Below, one piece after another: positions 24,409-32,241 of a DNA stretch of 64,000 bases. Positions within the stretch are counted from its first letter, which is position 1, and the number at the start of each line of letters is the position of its first letter. The translations under genes and the position numbers were made by a program. The stretch is from an uncultured Gammaproteobacteria bacterium (GTDB lineage Bacteria; Patescibacteriota; Patescibacteriia; Patescibacteriales; UBA12465). A model generated the notes under the pieces. The model saw only the letters and a list, made by a program, of their open reading frames with translations. It ran no database searches and was not told the DNA's origin. The stretch spans positions 3,610-67,609 of the forward strand of contig CAZTUJ010000004.1 of the NCBI GenBank assembly GCA_964616855.1, in the 5' to 3' direction.

Positions 24409-25779
24409 TTAGCAGCTTTCAATTATTGCTAAAATTTCGTCGCGTTTTTTAGCCATGATGGCCGGGTCATTAGCCTCTAAATTAAGGCGTACCTTATCTT
24501 CCGTATTTGAACCGCGGACATTGAACCAGAAGTCAGGATAAGTGATGCTGACACCGTCTAACAAGCTGATTTCCGCATCCGTATACTTTTCTTTTAATTG
24601 AGTAAAGACCGCTTCCTTATCTTTCACCGCTCGGTTAATTTCCCCTGAGTGGCTATAGCGTCGGTACTGTTGAATGAAATCAGCTACGCTCTGCTCTTGC
24701 TGAGAAAAGAGGGCGAGTAAGCGGCCAATCATAATCATCGGCATTTCAAAACAGCCAATTTCTAAATTAAGAAAGAAGTGGCCGGATGATTCGCCGGCGA
24801 AATAAGCCTTTTCGGAAAGCATTTGTTCTTTAATTAAAGAGTGGCCGACCCTGGTTGGCACCGGAATTCCTCCTGCTTCTTCAATTAGGTCAACAGTAAT
24901 TTTTCCAGGGCGGACATCGTAGCAGATTTTACTTCCCGGCTTGTCTTGAAGAAATATTTGAGCTAATAAGCCGCGAATGATAGCGGGGTCGATTAGTTGT
25001 CCGAGATTATCTACGAAAAAGACGCGATCACCGTCACCATCGGTGGCAATTCCTAAATCCGCTTGAGCGGTTTTTACCGCCTCGCAGAGCTGTTCCAAAT
25101 TTTCTGACTTTAAAGGATCAGCTTCATGCGCGGGAAATGAGCCGTCGAGCGTGAAATTTATTTTTTCTAGTTTAATTGGTAAAACAGAGGCGAGTAATTC
25201 TAAATATTGCGCCCCCATGCTGTTCGCGGCATCAGCCACCACCTTTAGAGGCTTAATATCGTTAGGAGAAATAAATTTTATATCATGTGTTAGTTGTTTA
25301 GCAGCTGCTTCTTCCAGAATAATCGCTTTCTTTTCGGAATTTAGTGCCGGTGTTTGTTCGGTGATATGATCTTTGAGCCATTCGATACCAGTATCGCCAC
25401 TAATGGGGCGGCTGTTCTTTCTAACTAGCTTAAAGCCGTTCCACTCTTTCGGGTTATGTGAGGCCGAGACCATGATGCCGCCGTCAGCTTCTTGAGCGGA
25501 AACAGTGAAATAGAAAGCAGGCGTGGAAATAAGGCCGGCATCAATGACTTCAGCACCAGCTGCTAACAATCCTTGAATTAATTGCGTACTGATTGCCGGT
25601 GAACTGAGGCGCATATCTTGGGCCACTACGATTTTTAGAGGTTTATCGATGGGGCAGTCACCATCTTGGCGACGCAAGTTAACAAAAGCAATCCCGAGGT
25701 TGAAAACAAAGGGGAGATCAAAATCTTTTTCAAAAATTCCGCGGAGATCGTAGGCTTTAAAAATACTAGGATTAAACAT
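24409..25779 (-). CDS. phosphomannomutase/phosphoglucomutase
   Basis: 456 aa. Active-site SASHNPKEWNG, metal loop ATDGDGDRV. Confidence 0.9.
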   Translation of the reverse strand: MFNPSIFKAYDLRGIFEKDFDLPFVFNLGIAFVNLRRQDGDCPIDKPLKIVVAQDMRLSSPAISTQLIQGLLAAGAEVIDAGLISTPAFYFTVSAQEADGGIMVSASHNPKEWNGFKLVRKNSRPISGDTGIEWLKDHITEQTPALNSEKKAIILEEAAAKQLTHDIKFISPNDIKPLKVVADAANSMGAQYLELLASVLPIKLEKINFTLDGSFPAHEADPLKSENLEQLCEAVKTAQADLGIATDGDGDRVFFVDNLGQLIDPAIIRGLLAQIFLQDKPGSKICYDVRPGKITVDLIEEAGGIPVPTRVGHSLIKEQMLSEKAYFAGESSGHFFLNLEIGCFEMPMIMIGRLLALFSQQEQSVADFIQQYRRYSHSGEINRAVKDKEAVFTQLKEKYTDAEISLLDGVSITYPDFWFNVRGSNTEDKVRLNLEANDPAIMAKKRDEILAIIESC

Positions 25780-25797
25780 ATAGATTGATTAGATAAT

Positions 25798-26931
25798 TTA
25801 ATTGCGGCGGAGACTAAGGATTAAGGCGCCAAGACCAAAACCCGTCGCTATTAAGGATAAGACCCAGCCAATCATCGGGATGCTAAAGAGGAGCCAGAGT
25901 AGCGTGATTCCAATAATCATGCCGATTAGAAGTTTTTTCTCCGTTTCTTTATTCTTTAGAAAAAGATTAAGTATTTCTTGACCAACGATAATCGCACAGA
26001 TTATCTTGCCCAACCAGAGCATTAAGAGCCAGAGGCCAAAAATAATAAGGGCTAAAGGAAGGCCAATAAAGGTAAAGATTAGAATGAGGGCGGCCGTCGG
26101 TGCGGCTAATAAAATGAGGATGCCCCAGCCTAAACTGGCAAAAGGTTTTTCTTGAAGAATTTTTTTAAGGGCTAAAATAATATTTTTACCAGGGTAAATA
26201 ATAATTAAGCCCACGAGCATGGCTGAAAATATGCCGTATAGTAAAGACCAAAACCAATCCTTACTAGTCTGACCCTTAGATTCGGTGTTTTTTAAGACAT
26301 TAATCTGGCCACTTATTTGTGAGCCATCGGCTCTCTGTAATTCAGCGTTCTCGTGGTAGTTTAAGTTGCCGGCAATTTTAGCCCCTGAGCTGATGGTAAT
26401 TTTTTGAGCTTGCTGGCTTTGTCCAAAATTAAAATCTTTTCCCACTTTGCCAGCTAAGATCACATTATTTCCTCCGGCATCGACATTACCGCCAACTTCA
26501 CCCATAATGTTGGTGTTAGTGGCACCACTCAATATATCCCAGCCGATTTTTGCTTCTGGACCGACGACTAAAGAATTTCCTATAAAATTGATATTACGGG
26601 CGATGTTGCCGTTTAAATTAGCACTGTTAGCGGCTATTCTGATATTACCATTAACTTCACCGTTAACTGTTACCGTTTGGGCAATAGCAATCAGGTCTCC
26701 TTCCAAGCGGCCATTGATGGTAATAGTTTGGGCGGCGGCAATTAAATCTCCTCGGACTTCACCATCGATTGTAATATTATTACTAGCGGCATAAAGATTG
26801 CCATCAATTGTTTCCCCTTGGGGGAGATAGACGTCGTTGCCAGATTTTAGAGAGGAAGCTTGTGCTAGCCGGGGGCTGAAAATTAAAATGGCGACCAAAA
26901 GGCCAAGACCAAGGGCGATTTTTTTAAACAT
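25798..26931 (-). CDS. signal-peptide protein with bactofilin-like beta-helical repeats fused to a C-terminal polytopic membrane domain
   Basis: 377 aa. N-terminal signal (ALGLGLLVAILIFSPRLAQA), about 170 aa of G-x-V/I-x-G-D/N repeats (INGRLEGDLIAIAQTVTVNGEVNGNIRIAA...), then about 5 TM helices. Confidence 0.6.
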   Translation of the reverse strand: MFKKIALGLGLLVAILIFSPRLAQASSLKSGNDVYLPQGETIDGNLYAASNNITIDGEVRGDLIAAAQTITINGRLEGDLIAIAQTVTVNGEVNGNIRIAANSANLNGNIARNINFIGNSLVVGPEAKIGWDILSGATNTNIMGEVGGNVDAGGNNVILAGKVGKDFNFGQSQQAQKITISSGAKIAGNLNYHENAELQRADGSQISGQINVLKNTESKGQTSKDWFWSLLYGIFSAMLVGLIIIYPGKNIILALKKILQEKPFASLGWGILILLAAPTAALILIFTFIGLPLALIIFGLWLLMLWLGKIICAIIVGQEILNLFLKNKETEKKLLIGMIIGITLLWLLFSIPMIGWVLSLIATGFGLGALILSLRRN

Positions 26932-26987
26932 AATGATAGAATTAAGAAAAATTTGCTATAATAATACCAATATTATATCCTAAAACT

Positions 26988-28577
26988 ATGCTAGAAGCAA
27001 TTACCGACTTAATCCAAGAGGCCGCCAAGTCCGTTCATAGCCGGGATGATTTGTCGTCTTTAAAACGGGTTTTGAGTAAGAAATATAAGATTGATTCCCT
27101 CCTTAATTCTCATATTATTGTTGAATATAAGCGACTTTTAGCCTTAAAGAAGATTAAGGCTAATCCGGAATTAGAGTATATTTTAAGAAAGCGGGCGGTC
27201 CGTACCTTATCCGGTATTGCGCCAGTAGCCGTTTTAACTAAGCCCTTCCCCTGTCCTGGTACCTGCGCTTATTGTCCTCGCCAGGAAGACGTGCCTGTCA
27301 GCTATTTAGCGAATGAGCCAGCGGTAATGAGAGCCATTCGCTGCCAATATCACCCCTATACCCAGGTGGTGTCTCGTTTGCGCGCTTTAGAAAACAACGG
27401 CCATCAGCCCGAAAAGATTGAAATTATTGTCATTGGCGGTACTTGGAGCTATTTGCCCGAGCAATATAAGTATTGGTATATCTTAAATTGTTTCCGCGCG
27501 GCTAATGATTATGCGGCTACCGGCAAGTTAGCTCGTTCGCCCTATCGTCATAATTTAAAACTAGCAGATGCTCGTAAATTCTTGGCCCACGAACAGACGC
27601 GCAATGAAAAGGCCCGCTATCGCATCATTGGTCTCACTTTAGAAACGAGACCGGACTATATTAATGAACAGGAACTTCTAGAAATGAGAACTCTTGGCTG
27701 TACAAGGGTAGAAATGGGCGTGCAAGCAGTTGATGATAAGATTTTAGCACTTAATAAGCGCGGCCACGGCGTCGCTGAGATTGCGACCGCTACGGCTTTA
27801 TTGCGAAAATATGGTTTTAAGATTACTTATCACCTGATGCCCGCTTTACCAGGCTCCAATCCCCGCCTCGATTTAAAATTATTTGCGCTTTTATTTACCG
27901 ATGAACGTTTTCAGCCGGATCAAATAAAATTTTATCCCACCGTAGTGACAGAGGGTAGCCTTTTATATAAATGGTATAAGCAGGGGAAATATAAACCCTA
28001 CTCTGATAAAGTTTTGCAGAATTTGATTATCAAATGCAAGGCGTTAGTGCCCGAATATGTCCGCATTATTCGTTTGATTCGCGACATTCCGGCAGAATCA
28101 ATTGTGGCTGGCAATAAAATTACTAATTTGCGCCAAATCATGAAACAGCAGGGGGTAAAATGTCATTGTATTCGCTGTCGGGAGGCCAAGGGAGAATTGA
28201 TTGTTAAATATCAGATTAATGTGGTCGAGTATGCGGCCGCTGGCGGTAAAGAATATTTTTTAAGTGCTGATAGTCTTGATCATAAAACTCTTTATGGTTT
28301 TTGCCGTCTGCGTTTAGACGCGCAGAGCCCGATAGCACCGGCTTTAATTCGAGAGTTACATGTTTATGGTGAATTAATTCCCGTCGGCAAAGGTTCTGGC
28401 GTCCAGCATCGCGGTTTAGGGAAAGAGTTGTTAGCGCGGGCGGAACTATTAGCCCAGACCGCGGGAGTCTCGGAGATTGCCGTAATTTCTGGCGTTGGTG
28501 TCCGGGATTATTATCGCAAACAGGGTTACCGCTTGCGTCAGTCTTATCTATTTAAGCGCTTAATTTCCCAGGATTAG
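26988..28577 (+). CDS. elp3: Elp3-like radical-SAM/GNAT tRNA modification enzyme
   Basis: 529 aa. Elp3-type cluster motif CPGTCAYCP, radical-SAM core, C-terminal GNAT (HRGLGKELLARAE). Confidence 0.85.
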   Translation: MLEAITDLIQEAAKSVHSRDDLSSLKRVLSKKYKIDSLLNSHIIVEYKRLLALKKIKANPELEYILRKRAVRTLSGIAPVAVLTKPFPCPGTCAYCPRQEDVPVSYLANEPAVMRAIRCQYHPYTQVVSRLRALENNGHQPEKIEIIVIGGTWSYLPEQYKYWYILNCFRAANDYAATGKLARSPYRHNLKLADARKFLAHEQTRNEKARYRIIGLTLETRPDYINEQELLEMRTLGCTRVEMGVQAVDDKILALNKRGHGVAEIATATALLRKYGFKITYHLMPALPGSNPRLDLKLFALLFTDERFQPDQIKFYPTVVTEGSLLYKWYKQGKYKPYSDKVLQNLIIKCKALVPEYVRIIRLIRDIPAESIVAGNKITNLRQIMKQQGVKCHCIRCREAKGELIVKYQINVVEYAAAGGKEYFLSADSLDHKTLYGFCRLRLDAQSPIAPALIRELHVYGELIPVGKGSGVQHRGLGKELLARAELLAQTAGVSEIAVISGVGVRDYYRKQGYRLRQSYLFKRLISQD

Positions 28578-28710
28578 TTTATTTGTATTTTTTAGATTAT
28601 TGGCCTATAATAAAAGCACTATGTTGATTACGAAAAATATCACAACTTGGTCCGGTTTTGTTGCTATCTCTTCTGTTTTTAATTAACCAAAGGGCCTGAT
28701 TTGTGAAAGA

Positions 28711-28736
28711 CGGCGCCCTTTGGGGGCGCTTTTTTA
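28711..28736 (+). terminator. intrinsic terminator 17 nt upstream of the yhhQ-like start
   Basis: GCGCCC-tttgg-GGGCGC-TTTTTT. Its 5' arm can alternatively pair with CCAAAGGGC at 28687-28695. Confidence 0.6.
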
Positions 28737-28752
28737 TTAATCTAATATTATT

Positions 28753-29400
28753 ATGAATTCTGAAAAAATAAACTTTAAGATTATTCTCGTTCTGGTCTTG
28801 TATCTCAGTTCATTATTAGCCGCTAATACGCTGGGTTTGAAATTAATGCCTTTTATTTTTGGCACTCATCTTTCGGTAGCGGTATTTTTCTTTCCCTTTG
28901 TCTTTTTGAGTACCGATGTTATCGGCCAGGTTTATGGTAAAGCCTGGGCGAAGAATTTTGTCTACGCCGGTTTATTAGCGACCGCTCTTTTTACTCTCTA
29001 TGCCGCGCTGTCTCTGTCTTTACCGTGGTCAACGACTAACGAAAAGATGCCTGAAGCCTATGCTCTAATTTTCGGAGTTTCTTTGAGAATGTCGCTTGCC
29101 TCTTTACTCGCCTTTTTTATTGCTGAGTATCAGGATGTGCTTGCTTTCTTTTTCTTTAAGAAATTATTACGGGGACGTTTTTTCTGGCTGCAGTCTAATC
29201 TGTCTAATCTCTGGTCACAGCTATTAGATACTTTAATTTTTATGTTTGTCGCCTTTGCGGGAATTTATCCGGTAAAGACAATTATTTTAGCAAGCTTGCC
29301 TTGGTGGCTTTATAAGGTTGCTATGGGCTTGGCTTACACCCCTTTATCTTATTTAGGGGTTTATCTTCTTCGTTATGGAAATACGCGCCCTCAAGACTAG
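28753..29400 (+). CDS. yhhQ: queuosine-precursor transporter (VUT/YhhQ family)
   Basis: 215 aa, 6 TM. FFFPFVFLSTDVIGQVYGKAWAK resembles the YhhQ signature. Confidence 0.75.
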   Translation: MNSEKINFKIILVLVLYLSSLLAANTLGLKLMPFIFGTHLSVAVFFFPFVFLSTDVIGQVYGKAWAKNFVYAGLLATALFTLYAALSLSLPWSTTNEKMPEAYALIFGVSLRMSLASLLAFFIAEYQDVLAFFFFKKLLRGRFFWLQSNLSNLWSQLLDTLIFMFVAFAGIYPVKTIILASLPWWLYKVAMGLAYTPLSYLGVYLLRYGNTRPQD

Positions 29401-30073
29401 CCTATTTGTCGCCGGACAAGATTTATCTTTATTTATTACGGCACATCTCCCTTCTTTGCAAGACGGGGATATTTTAGTGGTCACTTCTAAAATTGTGGCC
29501 CTAGCGGAGAATCGACTTATTGCTAAGGGGGCGGAGATTAGTAAAGAAGAAATTATTCGCCAAGAAAGTTCTTTTACCTTAGAGACCTCTCAGGTTTATT
29601 TAACAATTAAAGACGGAGCAGTGATGGCTAATGCCGGGATTGATGAAAGTAATGCCGGGGATAATTTTATTCTTTTACCTAAAGATAGTTTTCAGGCCGC
29701 CGCGGCCATTAGAGAGTATTGTTTAAAACATTATCAGCTTCGGAATTTAGGAGTGATTTTAAGTGATAGTCGTTGTCTGCCTCTGCGAGCTGGTGTCACT
29801 GGAATTGCTTTAGGCTATGCGGGGTTTCGGGGCCTTAAAAGTTACCGTGGTCAAGCGGACCTTTTTGGTCGCCCTTTTCGTTTTTCCCGCGTCGATGTGG
29901 CTGATAGCTTGGCAACGGCAGCGGTCTTATGTATGGGCGAAGGTTCAGAACAGACACCCTTGGCTGTGATCAGCAGCGCGCCCGTTGAGTATTGCGATGA
30001 AGTTAATCCTCAAGAACTTTCCATTGATATTAATGAGGATATGTATGGTCCTTTATTTAAAGCCCTTTTATAG
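29375..30073 (+). CDS. CofE-like gamma-glutamyl ligase (F420-0:glutamate ligase fold; context suggests a folate-related role)
   Basis: 232 aa. VVTSKIVALAENR and NAGIDESNA motifs of the CofE family. Overlaps yhhQ by 26 nt and precedes glyA-folD. Confidence 0.65.
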   Translation: MEIRALKTSLFVAGQDLSLFITAHLPSLQDGDILVVTSKIVALAENRLIAKGAEISKEEIIRQESSFTLETSQVYLTIKDGAVMANAGIDESNAGDNFILLPKDSFQAAAAIREYCLKHYQLRNLGVILSDSRCLPLRAGVTGIALGYAGFRGLKSYRGQADLFGRPFRFSRVDVADSLATAAVLCMGEGSEQTPLAVISSAPVEYCDEVNPQELSIDINEDMYGPLFKALL

Positions 30074-30082
30074 TTCGGTTTT

Positions 30083-30111
30083 TTGACAAAAGACCGGCGC
30101 TAAACTAAGAT
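30083..30111 (+). promoter_or_regulatory. promoter TTGACA-17-TAAGAT ending 7 nt before the glyA ATG
   Basis: TTGACA 30083-30088, TAAGAT 30106-30111, ATG 30119. Confidence 0.5.
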
Positions 30112-30118
30112 TAAACAT

Positions 30119-31360
30119 ATGGAAAACAATATTTTACAACAACAAGACCCGGCCGTGGCGGATATTATTAGCCGCGAAGCCGCTCGCCAAGATAGCGAAT
30201 TAGAGCTGATTGCTTCGGAAAATTACGCTTCTCCCGCCGTTCGCTCCGCTCTCTCTTCGGTTTTAACCAATAAGTATAGCGAAGGCTATGCTGGTAAGCG
30301 CTATTATGGTGGTAATAGTATCATTGATGAGGTGGAATCTTTAGCCATCAGTCGGGTTAAGGAGCTCTTTTCGGCCGAACATGCCAATGTCCAGCCTCTT
30401 TCCGGTTCCCCGGCTAATGCCGCCGTCTATATGGCCTTCTTAGAGCCAGGAGACAAGGTTTTAGGCTTACGCCTTGACCACGGCGGTCACTTATCACACG
30501 GCCACAGTGTTAATTTTTCTGGACGACTATATAATTTTGTTCAATACGGTGTTAATCCCGAGACCGGCATTATTGATATGGAAGAAGTGCGCCGGGTCGC
30601 TTTAGCGGAAAAGCCGAAAATGATTGTCGCTGGTTTCAGTGCCTATTCTCGAGAAATTGATTGGGCGGGTTTTAAAGCGATTGCCGATGAAGTTGGCGCC
30701 TATACTTTTGCCGACATTGCCCACATTGCCGGTTTAATTGCTGGCAAGCAATTAGCTAACCCTGTGCCTTTATTTGATGTTGTTTCTAGTACCACCCATA
30801 AGACCTTGCGGGGTCCGCGTGGGGCTATTATCTTGTGCAAAGAGCAATATGCGAAGCAGATTGATCGAGCGGTGTTTCCGGGTATGCAGGGTGGTCCGCA
30901 TGATAATGTTACGGCAGCCAAAGCGATTGCTTTTGCTGAAGCTTTGCGCCCAGAATTTCAAGACTATGCCCGCCAAGTTATTAGTAATGCCCAGGCTTTA
31001 GCGGCCGCTCTTACGGAGCGGGGCTATAAGGTGGTTTCTGGGGGCACTGATAATCATCTCTTTGTGCTTGATCTTTCCCCTCAAGGTTTAGCTGGTAAAG
31101 AAGCGGAAAAAGCTTTAGAGGCAGTAGGCATCTCTGTTTCCCGTTCCACTATTCCTAATGATCCTAATCCTCCTTTAAATCCCTCCGGTGTCCGGATTGG
31201 TACACCTGCTGTTACGACCCGTGGTTTACAGACAGCTGAGATGTTGGAATTAGCGGATATTATTGACCGTGCTATTAAAGCCAGAGATGATGAGAATGCT
31301 TTAATGAAATTAAAACAGGTAACCGCCGCACTTTGCCGCCGTTTTCCTCTACCCGCTTAA
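30119..31360 (+). CDS. glyA: serine hydroxymethyltransferase
   Basis: 413 aa. PLP-lysine motif [13 protein letters not shown]. Confidence 0.97.
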   Translation: MENNILQQQDPAVADIISREAARQDSELELIASENYASPAVRSALSSVLTNKYSEGYAGKRYYGGNSIIDEVESLAISRVKELFSAEHANVQPLSGSPANAAVYMAFLEPGDKVLGLRLDHGGHLSHGHSVNFSGRLYNFVQYGVNPETGIIDMEEVRRVALAEKPKMIVAGFSAYSREIDWAGFKAIADEVGAYTFADIAHIAGLIAGKQLANPVPLFDVVSSTTHKTLRGPRGAIILCKEQYAKQIDRAVFPGMQGGPHDNVTAAKAIAFAEALRPEFQDYARQVISNAQALAAALTERGYKVVSGGTDNHLFVLDLSPQGLAGKEAEKALEAVGISVSRSTIPNDPNPPLNPSGVRIGTPAVTTRGLQTAEMLELADIIDRAIKARDDENALMKLKQVTAALCRRFPLPA

Positions 31361-31363
31361 TCT

Positions 31364-32209
31364 ATGAAGATAAAAAATAAAATTATTGATGGCCGTCAGA
31401 TTGCGGAAAAGGTTAAAGATGAAATTGCTTTAAATATCTTTAATAATAAAGAGCGGCGCCCGAGTTTAGCTATTATTTTAGTGGGTGAAAGGCCTGATTC
31501 AGAAATCTATGTTTCCCTAAAAGAGCGGGAGGCAAAAAAAGTGGGCATTGATACTCACCTCTACCGCTTAGAAGAGGAAAGCACCGAAGCCGAATTGTTA
31601 ACGGTGATTGATTTCTTAAATAAAGATGAAACGGTGGACGCTATTTTATTACAGCTACCCTTACCCCCTTCTTTTGACGCTGATAAAATTATTGCCGCCA
31701 TTGATCCTCTCAAAGATGCGGATGGTTTTCATCCTCTTCACCCCGCTTATGTAGTTTCGCCGGTTATTGCGGCCGTAGAATTTATAATAAAGGAATATAA
31801 AGTTAAGGGCCGAGCTTGTGTCTTTCATCGTTCTGATGTTTTTGGTCAAGCGCTCGCCTCTTCGTTACAAAGCTTATCTTTAAGCGTTGATTTAATTGCG
31901 GTGGCTGAAAATGAAGACCCGCGCCAAGATGCGAACTTACGTCAACGATTCTGTGCCCTTAGTAGTCAGGCTGATTTAGTCGTTAGTGCTTTGGGTTTGC
32001 CAGAGTTTTTGACAGAGGAATATTTTAAAGCGGGTACCTTAGTGGTTGATGTTGGGATTACTAAAGAAAATGATAAAGTTTTAGGTGATGTTGATTTTAA
32101 ATCAGCGGCTAAGGTAGCCGCCGGCATTACTCCGGTTCCGGGCGGTGTTGGCCCGATGACGATTGCTTTTCTCTTTAAGAATGTTTGGGAGATTTATAGT
32201 CGCCGCTAA
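31364..32209 (+). CDS. folD: bifunctional methylene-THF dehydrogenase/methenyl-THF cyclohydrolase
   Basis: 281 aa. ILVGERPDSEIYV, PGGVGPMT. Confidence 0.93.
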   Translation: MKIKNKIIDGRQIAEKVKDEIALNIFNNKERRPSLAIILVGERPDSEIYVSLKEREAKKVGIDTHLYRLEEESTEAELLTVIDFLNKDETVDAILLQLPLPPSFDADKIIAAIDPLKDADGFHPLHPAYVVSPVIAAVEFIIKEYKVKGRACVFHRSDVFGQALASSLQSLSLSVDLIAVAENEDPRQDANLRQRFCALSSQADLVVSALGLPEFLTEEYFKAGTLVVDVGITKENDKVLGDVDFKSAAKVAAGITPVPGGVGPMTIAFLFKNVWEIYSRR

Positions 32210-32241
32210 ACCCTTAATAATCTTGAAACAAGTTTTGAGCC

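Noticed and set aside
28583-28752. preQ1, ZTP or THF riboswitch upstream of yhhQ/glyA/folD
   Set aside because: There is no match to the conserved cores as I remember them (preQ1-I hairpin plus A-rich tail, ZTP CCGCCUGGGC pseudoknot, THF junction). It is kept only as an unclassified leader.
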